From the IMG/VR virus record IMGVR_UViG_3300031669_000002, positions 96,001-160,000 of that record: a stretch of 64,000 bases of DNA, one strand, 5' to 3'. The stretch is from a virus. Position 1 is the stretch's first letter, and every line of letters starts with the position of its first letter. A program made the position numbers and the translations under genes. Below are positions 40,245 through 49,330 of this stretch, in pieces. The notes under the pieces were generated by a model. The model was not told the DNA's origin. It searched no databases and worked only from the letters and a program-made list of their open reading frames with translations.

Positions 40245-41249
40245 ATGGGCGCAGCTTATAGAGAATCAAAATTAGACAATAATCGATATTGTAAGTCAAA
40301 CGGTCAATTTACTCGACATCTTCGGTTAAACAACTTAACATACCAAGAATATTTTGAAAAATATATAACCAAGACCAGCCCAAAATGTCAATGCGGTAAG
40401 CCACTAACTTTTTATCAGAAAACCGAATCATATGCCAATAGTTGCGGTATCCCAAAATGTGTAGGCAAAACAATAAGTATTGTTCGACAAAACACACCAA
40501 TCGAAGCAAAACAAAAACAAGCAGAAAATTATAGACAAGCACAATTCAACAAGACTACAGAACAAAAGAAGAAACAGAAAGAAAAGGCAGCAGCAACATA
40601 TTTTAAGAATTTTGGGACTACCACGTCAAACTCTCCTGTACAGAAAAAGAAATCGGCGCAGACAAAACTACAAAAATATGGAGATGAAAAATATAACAAC
40701 AGTCAAAAAAGTGCAGATAAGAATAGAAACAAATCAATTGAAGAACAAGATGCAATTAATGAATCTCGACGAAAAACTAATATTGAAAAATATGGTGTTT
40801 CTTGTGTATTTTTATTGCCTAACAATACCAGAAAATCAAATAAAGGTAATGCATCGATTAAAGATTATGTAATGCCAAGTGGTGTTAGGGTCGGGGTAAG
40901 AGGATACGAGCCAACAGTAATATCAATATTACTTAATCAAAGACACATAGATGATATAGTTATTCAAGACGCCTATTCAGATTGTAAGATTGGACCATTT
41001 ACTTATAGTATGATAAATAGACATACTGCAAACTATTATCCAGATATCTATATACCGTCAGAAAATAAAATCATTGAAGTCAAAAGTAGATGGTGGTGGG
41101 ACGGAAACGGAAAAGAAAAGTATAAATCGAGATTATTAAATAATCTAAGAAAAAGAAAAGCGGTATTAGATAAAGGATACATATACGAAGTCTGGCTATT
41201 TGAAGATAAGAAAAATTATAAGGTTTTAATAGATGACTCAGATTTTTAA
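40245..41249 (+). CDS. PD-(D/E)xK homing endonuclease between split-intein halves
   Basis: YYPDIYIPSENKIIEVKS and KYG repeats; late promoter at 40200. Confidence 0.75.
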   Translation: MGAAYRESKLDNNRYCKSNGQFTRHLRLNNLTYQEYFEKYITKTSPKCQCGKPLTFYQKTESYANSCGIPKCVGKTISIVRQNTPIEAKQKQAENYRQAQFNKTTEQKKKQKEKAAATYFKNFGTTTSNSPVQKKKSAQTKLQKYGDEKYNNSQKSADKNRNKSIEEQDAINESRRKTNIEKYGVSCVFLLPNNTRKSNKGNASIKDYVMPSGVRVGVRGYEPTVISILLNQRHIDDIVIQDAYSDCKIGPFTYSMINRHTANYYPDIYIPSENKIIEVKSRWWWDGNGKEKYKSRLLNNLRKRKAVLDKGYIYEVWLFEDKKNYKVLIDDSDF

Positions 41250-42315
41250 ACCAAACACAGAACAATATAAAGTTCTTACTCCAACAGGATTTCAACATTT
41301 TTCGGGAGTATCATTGATGACTTATAAATCAATGATTAGACTCAATTTTGAAAACGATAAATTTATTGATTGCACTGCTGATCACAGAATCTATGTGTCT
41401 GACATTAAATCTAAGCAGGCATGTAGATTGCGCCGTGGTGAAGAAGTGCTAACAATTGACGGAAGTGTCAAATTACTGAATAAGGTAAAATTAAAGGATA
41501 AAGTTCCTGTATATGATCTGATTGGTGTCGAAAACGGAGCAAGATTTTACGCTAATTCTCTTCTTGTTTCCAATTGCGAGCCAATCATATTTGAAGAGAC
41601 TCTTATTAATGCAGTTAAATTATCAACGCTAGTAGAAAAAGATCCAGTTGAGAAACAGGGGCAAGTTAGATGGTATAAAACTCCTAAGAAAGGCTGCACT
41701 TATCTAATTGGATTAGATCCAAGCTTAGGCACTGGTGGAGATTTTGCGGCAATGGAAATAATCGAACTCCCGTCGATGGAACAAGTAGGAGAATGGCAGA
41801 ATAACAAGACTCCCATTCAAGCGCAGATTAGGCTATTACGTGACATCACTGATTATATATTTGATATAACAGGCAACACAAAGAATATCTATTACAGTGT
41901 AGAAAATAATACACTTGGTGAAGCAGCATTGGTGGCAATAAGCGAAATAGGGGAAGAGAACATTAAGGGATATTTCCTAACAGAGACTCTTAAAGCAGGT
42001 TCTTCTAGATCATATAGAAAAGGATTTACTACGACTGCTAAATCTAAGCTTACGGCCTGCTCCAAAATCAAACAGTTAATAGAGACAGACCGCATCACTA
42101 TAAATAGTAAAAACCTAATTAGCGAACTTAAAACGTTTGTTGCAAGCGGAAACACATACAATGCTAGATCTGGAGACACAGACGACTTAGTTTCTGCACT
42201 ACTTCTAACAACAAGAATGATGCAAACGATGCAATCTTACGATTTAGAGTTAGATACTCGTATGAGAGGCACAGATGAGCCAATAGTTATGCCACTTCCA
42301 TTCCTAATGGGATAA
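41233..42315 (+). CDS. Split intein 2 C-part (114 aa) + terminase fragment 3 (RNase H-like nuclease, 246 aa)
   Basis: Block B CTADH; LVSN|CEPII; IGLDPSLGTGGD, VENN and TDDLV nuclease motifs. Confidence 0.9.
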   Translation: MTQIFKPNTEQYKVLTPTGFQHFSGVSLMTYKSMIRLNFENDKFIDCTADHRIYVSDIKSKQACRLRRGEEVLTIDGSVKLLNKVKLKDKVPVYDLIGVENGARFYANSLLVSNCEPIIFEETLINAVKLSTLVEKDPVEKQGQVRWYKTPKKGCTYLIGLDPSLGTGGDFAAMEIIELPSMEQVGEWQNNKTPIQAQIRLLRDITDYIFDITGNTKNIYYSVENNTLGEAALVAISEIGEENIKGYFLTETLKAGSSRSYRKGFTTTAKSKLTACSKIKQLIETDRITINSKNLISELKTFVASGNTYNARSGDTDDLVSALLLTTRMMQTMQSYDLELDTRMRGTDEPIVMPLPFLMG

Positions 42316-42337
42316 ATATTAAATACTAGGCAAATAT

Positions 42338-43975
42338 ATGACACAAGAACTGGATGGAGTTGCAACTCAATTATTTGAAAAGATCAGAGCCCGATTTGAC
42401 AAAGTAAGTGTCGGAGATGAAGGCGGCAAAGCCACGACTGACCCAGCACAGGCTAGGTTCTTTAACTTTGACTTCATTGACGAAGACGGAAATAATTTTG
42501 GCAACGTTACGATTAGTCTAATTGATGAAGAAAGTCTAAAAGTTTATTTTGGTAAGAATCTAAGTGCAGACTTAGACGATGCACAGAAAGCAGATTGGTA
42601 TAACTTCTTACGCGACCTGCGTATGTTTGCAATGAGAAATCTACTTAAATTTGATACTAGAGATATCAGTCGTAGCAATCTTAACATTAAAGACATACAG
42701 CAGCAAGCAAAAGCTGCTCGCCCTGCAACCCTTGATGACAACCTAGTTGCTGAAACAGCCGAATTCGCCAGCGTAGAATATATTCAGACAGAGCTTGATC
42801 ACGCAAAACACGTGTTATCTATTGCTCAAGAAAACTTAGAGAATATTAAGAAGCGCGGAGGCGCCAACGAGAATTCGCAGCGAGTAGCAGTTAATAAATT
42901 AAAACGCCAAGTATCTGACCTTAGTGATGAGCTACGTCGTGCTAAGACACCGGTGTCTGAGGGAAAGCTTTACGGAACTACAAAAACAAGCTACGAATCA
43001 ATAGCACCTGGCACACGATTAATCATACGACACTCGTCTCCCGTCGACGAAGCAGTGCATGGCGCAAGATCACGAAAAATACACGCAGTATATATTGAAG
43101 ATGCTGAAGGGCAGAGATTTAAATCACCTTTTACTAATTTAACAGGCACAAGGGCACTTGCTCGTCACATATCAAATGGCGGTCAAATTAATGATGATTT
43201 TAGCAGTCATATCGTCGAAATGTGCGAGGAAATGAGCAAAATACGCAGCTTTATTCAAGGTTCTCGCAACAAAACATTCGAGGACGCAGAAGCAAATGAT
43301 ATGGTTGATGCAGCTAAAGAACGCTATCAAACCTTGCATCAAATGCTAGGCAAGCTAAAAAATCCTCGCGGATATAAATTTTACAAAGAGAGCTGGAAGC
43401 CAGCATCTACTCTACAAGATGATATCGATTTAGAAGAACTTAAAGGAAAGTTTGTTCTTAAAGACTTCGACGATAGACTCGAAGCAGCCTTGCCGCACGT
43501 TTATAGAGCATATCACGCTCACAAAGGAGCAGAAATGCACAATACACCAGCTATCAATTCACACGTAGATGAGTTCGAAGAAAGTTTAGATCGTATTGCT
43601 GAAGGAACATGGGAAGTGCCTGACAATGATATGGCAATCAAAAGATTGCAAGATCTAATGTCAGATGTATTCCCAGCAGGTATTGACGGTGCCGATGCAA
43701 CTGCCGCTCTACAAGATATTATTGGAGATGATGAGCTTTATGCTGATATCTATGCAGCATCAGAGGGATCACCCGACACAGATGTTCGCCCTATCGTATA
43801 TGATTGGTTGCAAAATAATATGCCATCAGTATTTGAAAAAATTAAAGGTAACATAGAATCAGGCGATGAAGAAGAACAACCTCCTGCACCAGAACAAGAA
43901 GAACCAGCAGCAGAAGAACAGCCACGGGAATCAACTGATCTATCCGCAATACGCAGATTGGCAGGAATTAAATAA
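42338..43975 (+). CDS. Hypothetical virion protein (545 aa)
   Basis: Late promoter at 42311; ends IRRLAGIK, like other putative head-internal proteins here. Confidence 0.65.
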   Translation: MTQELDGVATQLFEKIRARFDKVSVGDEGGKATTDPAQARFFNFDFIDEDGNNFGNVTISLIDEESLKVYFGKNLSADLDDAQKADWYNFLRDLRMFAMRNLLKFDTRDISRSNLNIKDIQQQAKAARPATLDDNLVAETAEFASVEYIQTELDHAKHVLSIAQENLENIKKRGGANENSQRVAVNKLKRQVSDLSDELRRAKTPVSEGKLYGTTKTSYESIAPGTRLIIRHSSPVDEAVHGARSRKIHAVYIEDAEGQRFKSPFTNLTGTRALARHISNGGQINDDFSSHIVEMCEEMSKIRSFIQGSRNKTFEDAEANDMVDAAKERYQTLHQMLGKLKNPRGYKFYKESWKPASTLQDDIDLEELKGKFVLKDFDDRLEAALPHVYRAYHAHKGAEMHNTPAINSHVDEFEESLDRIAEGTWEVPDNDMAIKRLQDLMSDVFPAGIDGADATAALQDIIGDDELYADIYAASEGSPDTDVRPIVYDWLQNNMPSVFEKIKGNIESGDEEEQPPAPEQEEPAAEEQPRESTDLSAIRRLAGIK

Positions 43976-43986
43976 AAGGAAATAAA

Positions 43987-44178
43987 ATGTTCAAATATTT
44001 AGGTATAGTCGCATCGTCAGTTGTTAATAAAATTTTTAGTTTTACTACACCAGCATTGATGAATAACTCATCTGTTATTGCAAATATGTTCTCAGTAACG
44101 GTAAATTCTTCTACGGGCGAATTCGTCGCAGTTGGATATAATGGTTCCGTCTATCCAGTATATGCAGTATCTAACTAG
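43987..44178 (+). CDS. Short ORF, possible remnant of a beta-repeat fibre protein
   Basis: AAGGA RBS; single SVTVNS..FVAVGY..PVYA unit. Confidence 0.4.
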   Translation: MFKYLGIVASSVVNKIFSFTTPALMNNSSVIANMFSVTVNSSTGEFVAVGYNGSVYPVYAVSN

Positions 44179-44222
44179 TAAATTAACAAGAATCAACTAA
44201 ATAATAATAACCGGAGAATAAA

Positions 44223-44777
44223 ATGGGTAATGCATCAGATTTTTTTAGAAAGTTTCAACCGCTTTTCGAAGCCAAAGAGTTAGTAGAGGCAATCAACGTT
44301 AAATTAGTGATGGGTAACTATCAAGTTATGGTTGACGGCGTATGTAAGGGCAAATATACTGCAAAGTACGAAGCAGACGAACATGCTTCTCAATTAAAAG
44401 ATAAAGCCAAAAAAGAAGCAACAAAGAAGAAAAACAAGAAACCCGAAAACGTCAAAGAAACCGCAGCTGACTTCTTCCGTAAGTATTCTGATATCATTTC
44501 TGAGGCTGAGGAGAAAGAAGAAGTATGCCCAAAGTGTTGCAAAGAAGTTTGTGTCTGCGACGAATCTAAAGATAAGAAAAAATCCGCAAAGAAAGTATCT
44601 GAGTCTTGGGACGAAGATGAGGAAGACCCAGACGTCAAAATAGCCGACAAAGAAAAAGGCAAGGACAAGAAGACACAAAAAGATACCGAAAAAGGTAAAA
44701 AGTGGAACTTCGAAAAAGCTGACAAGAAAGACCAAGACAAGGCAGCTAAAAAGGTAGCTAAGGGCGAAGACGAGTAA
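44223..44777 (+). CDS. Lys/Glu-rich protein with duplicated DFFRK...EA motif and CxxCxxxxCxC
   Basis: ASDFFRKFQPLFEA and AADFFRKYSDIISEA; late promoter near 44197. Confidence 0.65.
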   Translation: MGNASDFFRKFQPLFEAKELVEAINVKLVMGNYQVMVDGVCKGKYTAKYEADEHASQLKDKAKKEATKKKNKKPENVKETAADFFRKYSDIISEAEEKEEVCPKCCKEVCVCDESKDKKKSAKKVSESWDEDEEDPDVKIADKEKGKDKKTQKDTEKGKKWNFEKADKKDQDKAAKKVAKGEDE

Positions 44778-44804
44778 TCGAACAAACCCACGTAATACAA
44801 TAAG

Positions 44805-44828
44805 AGACACTTCGGTGTCTTTTATTTT
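44805..44828 (+). terminator. Intrinsic terminator closing the late block
   Basis: AGACAC-TTCG-GTGTCT plus TTTATTTT. Confidence 0.85.
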
Positions 44829-44999
44829 ATCTTTAAGAACGGTTAAAATAGTTTGCTAAAACCGGCTAAAATACATACCATTAGCATTGCAATTGCATAA
44901 ATAGATATGTTAGAGTAGTTGCAGTAAGGATAACTACTTTATCAAATAGCGAAACATCATGGAAGTACTAACAGAGACCAACTCAAGGAGAAACACAAA

Positions 45000-45983
45000 A
45001 TGGCAATGACATTAGCAGAAATTAGAGCAAAGCTCTTATCGCAAGAAAACAAAGGTTCCGGCAACACAGGCAGTTTTGGAGACGGCACCGTATATCCCCA
45101 CTGGAATATCAAAGAAGGCGAAACAGCTCGTATTCGTTTCCTGCCTGACTCCGATCCAAAGAATAACTTTTTCTGGGTCGAACGCGCAATGATCAAGCTG
45201 CCTTTCGCAGGCATCAAAGGTCAAGCAGATAGCAAACCAGTTATTGTTCAAGTACCATGCATTGAAATGTGGCCAGATATGGGTATGTGCCCAATCTTGA
45301 CAGAAGTTCGTACTTGGTTCAAAGACAAAGACATGGAAGAAATGGGTCGTAAGTATTGGAAAAAGAAATCATACTTGTTCCAAGGCTTCGTTCGTGAAAA
45401 TCCAATGTCGGATGACAAAGCACCAGAAAATCCAATTCGTCGTTTCATTATCAGCCCACAGATTTTTAATCTTGTGAAGTCTGCTTTAATGGATTCAGAA
45501 CTTGAGAATCTGCCAACAGATTACCAAAACGGGTTAGACTTTACTGTTGTTAAATCAGCAAAAGGCGGATACGCAGACTACAGCACCAGCAAATGGTCAC
45601 GTAAAGAATCGGCAATTACTGCCGACGAAGCAGACGCAATTGAGAAGTTTGGTTTATTTAACCTTTCAGACTTTTTGCCGAAGCGTCCTACAGCAGAAGA
45701 CTTAGTTATCATGAAGGAAATGTTTGAAGCATCTGTAAATGGAGAAGCATACGACACTGACAAGTGGAGCAAGCACTTCAAACCAGCAGGTATGCAAACA
45801 GCATCCGACGACGTTCCAGCTGACTCAACGACTACATCAGCTCCTGCCGCAAAGGTAGAAACAGTAGTTGAAAAGACAGCAACTACAGTGGAAACACCAG
45901 TTGCTGAAAAAGCTGCACCAGCAGGCGGAAGTAGAGCTGAAGAAATCTTAGCTCAGATTCGCAATCGTCAAAAAGCCTCGTAA
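45000..45983 (+). CDS. Single-stranded DNA-binding protein (T4 gp32-like)
   Basis: RIRFLPD, VPCIEM..CP, YWKKKSY and DYSTSKW motifs; flexible C-terminal tail. Confidence 0.85.
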   Translation: MAMTLAEIRAKLLSQENKGSGNTGSFGDGTVYPHWNIKEGETARIRFLPDSDPKNNFFWVERAMIKLPFAGIKGQADSKPVIVQVPCIEMWPDMGMCPILTEVRTWFKDKDMEEMGRKYWKKKSYLFQGFVRENPMSDDKAPENPIRRFIISPQIFNLVKSALMDSELENLPTDYQNGLDFTVVKSAKGGYADYSTSKWSRKESAITADEADAIEKFGLFNLSDFLPKRPTAEDLVIMKEMFEASVNGEAYDTDKWSKHFKPAGMQTASDDVPADSTTTSAPAAKVETVVEKTATTVETPVAEKAAPAGGSRAEEILAQIRNRQKAS

Positions 45984-45992
45984 CAGCATCAA

Positions 45993-46031
45993 AAACACTA
46001 GACAGAGAAATTCTGTCTAGTGTTTCTTCTT
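45993..46031 (+). terminator. Intrinsic terminator after gp32
   Basis: 14-bp stem AAACACTAGACAGA/TCTGTCTAGTGTTT plus T-rich tail. Confidence 0.85.
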
Positions 46032-46046
46032 TAAGGACATTGAAAA

Positions 46047-46667
46047 GTGTATCTACCATATGTATATCTTGTTAAAAATAAAATAACAGGTGAGTTTTAT
46101 TATGGTTCTCGCACAAACAATGTTAAAGAGAAAAGAACACCTGACGAAGACTTATGGGTTTATTATTTTACATCTTCAGCAAACGTGAAAAATCGAATAA
46201 AGGAGTACGGCAAAGAGTCTTTTGAAACTTCGGTAATATTTTGTTATGAGGATTATGATGTCTGCTATTGGTATGAACAAGTATTGATTCGTGAACATAA
46301 AGATAGTATACTTTGTTTAAATGGAACATATCTTGACCCAGATTCAGGAACACGGAAATTTTCAGGACACGGAAGAACACCAGAAGATGAAGCCAAACGC
46401 GGCGCGGCCATAAGTGCAGCAAAACAAGGCAAGGGTAATGGACATGTAGGATTTATTCATTCTGACAAAACAAAACGAAAGCAGGCAGCACAAAAAGGTT
46501 GGAAGCATTCTGAAGAAGCAAAGATGAAGATGAGAGGTCGAATAAGATCGGGCAAACACAACAAAAATATCGGCAACGGACTAAGGAATAAACCATGGTC
46601 TGAAGCAAGAAGAGAAGCATATTTAAAAGGAAAGAAAAATGACCAAAGCATTAAACAAGAAGATTGA
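46047..46667 (+). CDS. GIY-YIG homing endonuclease
   Basis: YVYLVKNKITGEFYYGSR...YFTSS and NUMOD3-like HS.E.K repeats; GTG start. Confidence 0.8.
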   Translation: MYLPYVYLVKNKITGEFYYGSRTNNVKEKRTPDEDLWVYYFTSSANVKNRIKEYGKESFETSVIFCYEDYDVCYWYEQVLIREHKDSILCLNGTYLDPDSGTRKFSGHGRTPEDEAKRGAAISAAKQGKGNGHVGFIHSDKTKRKQAAQKGWKHSEEAKMKMRGRIRSGKHNKNIGNGLRNKPWSEARREAYLKGKKNDQSIKQED

Positions 46668-46800
46668 CAAAATTCGAAATAGTAGAGCAAAATCATTTAG
46701 TGATAAAGTTACTTCTACAATGATTGACGACTGCAGAGAACATCAAAAAGAAACAAATAGGTTGATTCAAGAAGCACAAAATTCTACAGGAGTAAAATAA
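46639..46800 (+). CDS. Small hypothetical protein (53 aa)
   Basis: AAGGA RBS; fills the gap to uvsX; below the track cutoff. Confidence 0.5.
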   Translation: MTKALNKKIDKIRNSRAKSFSDKVTSTMIDDCREHQKETNRLIQEAQNSTGVK

Positions 46801-46802
46801 TT

Positions 46803-47876
46803 ATGGCCGGACGCCCATTTGATATCTCAAAATTTAGTAAATCTATCACTAAGTCCATCGACGGGCTAGGCGTAGGTTTCAATGATCCAACAGATTGGAT
46901 CAGCACAGGAAATTACACTCTCAATTATTTAATCAGCGGCGACTTCCATAAAGGAATACCGTTAGGAAAAGTTACCGTATTTGCCGGAGAATCCGGTGCA
47001 GGAAAATCATACATCTGTTCAGGCAATGTAATCAAATACGCGCAAGAGCAAGGAATTTTTGTAATCTTAATTGACACAGAAAATGCACTTGACGAATCCT
47101 GGTTGCAAGCACTAGGCGTAGATACATCAGAAGAAAAACTACTCAAGCTCAGTCTATGTATGATTGATGACGTAGCAAAAACTATTTCGGAGTTTATGAA
47201 AGAGTATAAGATGATGGAACCAGAAGCACGACCAAAAATCTTATTTGTTATTGACAGCTTGGGAATGTTATTAACACCAACAGACGTAAATCAGTTTGAA
47301 GCAGGTGATATGAAGGGTGATATGGGACGTAAACCAAAGGCTCTTACGGCACTTGTTCGTAATTGCGTGAATATGTTTGGCAACTACAATGTTGGTTTGG
47401 TTGCAACGAACCACACATACGCATCACAAGACCCGTATAATCCAGATCCAAATATCTCAGGCGGACAAGGTTTCGTTTATGCATCATCAATTGTAGTAGC
47501 AATGAAAAAGCTAAAACTAAAAGAAGATGAAGACGGAAACAAAACAAAAGAAGTAAATGGTATTCGTGCAGGCTGCAAGATTATGAAAACACGCTATGCA
47601 AAGCCTTTCGAAGATATCCAAGTTCAGATTCCGTATGACACTGGGATGAGCGAATATAGTGGATTATTTGATTTATTAGAGACTAAAAAATTAATTACCA
47701 AAGAAGGCAATAGATATGTTTACACTGACCTTGCAGGAACTGAACACAAATACTTCCGCAAGCAATGGAACAAGAATGAAAATGGTATTTTTGATTTAGT
47801 ATTAGGCGAATTTTACAAAAAAATTATTACTGTTTCTTCTATAGAACTCGACGGCGAGGTAGAGACAGAAGAATAA
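46803..47876 (+). CDS. uvsX: UvsX/RecA-like recombinase
   Basis: Walker A GESGAGKS, Walker B VIDS, DTENA and NHTY motifs. Confidence 0.95.
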   Translation: MAGRPFDISKFSKSITKSIDGLGVGFNDPTDWISTGNYTLNYLISGDFHKGIPLGKVTVFAGESGAGKSYICSGNVIKYAQEQGIFVILIDTENALDESWLQALGVDTSEEKLLKLSLCMIDDVAKTISEFMKEYKMMEPEARPKILFVIDSLGMLLTPTDVNQFEAGDMKGDMGRKPKALTALVRNCVNMFGNYNVGLVATNHTYASQDPYNPDPNISGGQGFVYASSIVVAMKKLKLKEDEDGNKTKEVNGIRAGCKIMKTRYAKPFEDIQVQIPYDTGMSEYSGLFDLLETKKLITKEGNRYVYTDLAGTEHKYFRKQWNKNENGIFDLVLGEFYKKIITVSSIELDGEVETEE

Positions 47877-47920
47877 TACGGATACATAGCAATTGCATAA
47901 ATAGAATTAAGGAGATTGCT

Positions 47921-48646
47921 ATGTATTACGTTTATGCACTAATTGATCTAAGAACTAAGTTGCCTTTTTATGTTGGAAAGGGTAAAAAAGAAAATATTAG
48001 GCACTTAGATCATTTTAAGGAATCGGTCGATCATAATAGTAATAGGCATAAGATCTTTAAGATGAATCATCTTCGATCTCTTGGTTTAGATATTCCAGTT
48101 GAGATTCTTAATGATAATATAGAAGATGAAGATAATGCGTATGATATTGAATCTTCTTATATTAGAAAATATGGTCGAGAAAATATTGACCCAGGCGGAA
48201 TTTTAGTTAATATACTTCTGGATAGTAGAAAACCTCCTAGTGCCAAGGGAAAAAAGCAATCAGCTACACATAAAGCAAAAAGGGCAGCAAGCAGAAAAAA
48301 AACAGTAGCCGAACGAGGTCTTCCGCCACAGAGTTTATTGCAAAGAAATCTGGCATCAGAAAGAATGAAAGGAGAAAAGAATCATTTTTATGGTAAGTCG
48401 CATTCAATTGAATTTAGTAGGGCACAATCAGAAATGATGCAAGGCAACCAATTTAATGCTAAAGACTATGAGTTTATTTCGCCTTCAGGAGAAAAATTCC
48501 AGGTTAGTGGTTTTGCAAAATTCTGTCGAGAGAATAATTTAAGTATTGCTACAATGGAAAAAGGGATGTATAAAAATAAATGGCCCATTACAGGGAAATG
48601 TGTTGGGTGGAAAGTAAAACAACAGGATAAAAACAATGAATATTGA
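47921..48646 (+). CDS. GIY-YIG homing endonuclease
   Basis: YVYALID...PFYVGKG, YDIE..YI..YGR and GEKNHFYGKSHS. Confidence 0.85.
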   Translation: MYYVYALIDLRTKLPFYVGKGKKENIRHLDHFKESVDHNSNRHKIFKMNHLRSLGLDIPVEILNDNIEDEDNAYDIESSYIRKYGRENIDPGGILVNILLDSRKPPSAKGKKQSATHKAKRAASRKKTVAERGLPPQSLLQRNLASERMKGEKNHFYGKSHSIEFSRAQSEMMQGNQFNAKDYEFISPSGEKFQVSGFAKFCRENNLSIATMEKGMYKNKWPITGKCVGWKVKQQDKNNEY

Positions 48647-48851
48647 TACATTAATTGAAGCCTACTCAATCTTAAAGCAGTATATACCTGCAAAAGATCG
48701 ACAAGAAGCGGCAGATAATTTGATGACTGCAATGACAGATATGTTGGGAGACCAAGACTTGAAAGAGTTAAGCGGAGTAGATGCGCCTCTTGGACGAGCA
48801 TATAAAGAATATGCAGTTATTGAAGATGACCTCGATTTTGACAACGATTAA
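48636..48851 (+). CDS. Small acidic hypothetical protein
   Basis: Operon-packed upstream of the uvsY-like gene. Confidence 0.7.
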   Translation: MNIDTLIEAYSILKQYIPAKDRQEAADNLMTAMTDMLGDQDLKELSGVDAPLGRAYKEYAVIEDDLDFDND

Positions 48852-49307
48852 ATGACTTGGTATAGCAAGATAACGGCAGACATATCAAACCTTCCTGAAT
48901 TTATTCAATTCTATGAAGCAGAATTGGCAGAGTCAAGAAGCGAGATAATAATACACGGCAATGTAGAGCGGAATCTCGCAGCATTGCCTGGTATTACAGA
49001 GCATCGTTTTAACCAGCTTCAAGAAATCGAGGCTGTGCTAAGATATATGGAACTAAACCTACGCAAGATCAGACGCAAACACTTTCAGAAGTATCTTGAG
49101 GGTTATAATAGAGTATTGACTTCCCGAGATGCAGAGAAATATACGGAAGGCGAGGGAGAGGTAATTGATTACGAATATCTCATGAATGAGGTTTCTCTAA
49201 TCAGAAATAAGTATCTTGGCACAATGAAAGCATTGGAACAAAAATCATTTATGTTAGGTCACATCACACGACTACGCGCAGCAGGAATGGAAGACATCAC
49301 CCTCTAA
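48852..49307 (+). CDS. uvsY: UvsY-like recombination mediator
   Basis: Helical; LTSRDAEKY.EGE and KALEQKSF motifs; downstream of uvsX. Confidence 0.75.
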   Translation: MTWYSKITADISNLPEFIQFYEAELAESRSEIIIHGNVERNLAALPGITEHRFNQLQEIEAVLRYMELNLRKIRRKHFQKYLEGYNRVLTSRDAEKYTEGEGEVIDYEYLMNEVSLIRNKYLGTMKALEQKSFMLGHITRLRAAGMEDITL

Positions 49308-49330
49308 TTTGCTAAATATTACTAATATGG

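Noticed and set aside
37923-42315. Terminase breaks as frameshifts, stop-codon recoding or group I introns
   Set aside because: Each break has intein N- and C-terminal motifs and ends in TAA; core genes show no in-frame TAG/TGA pattern; no group I core surrounds the HEGs.
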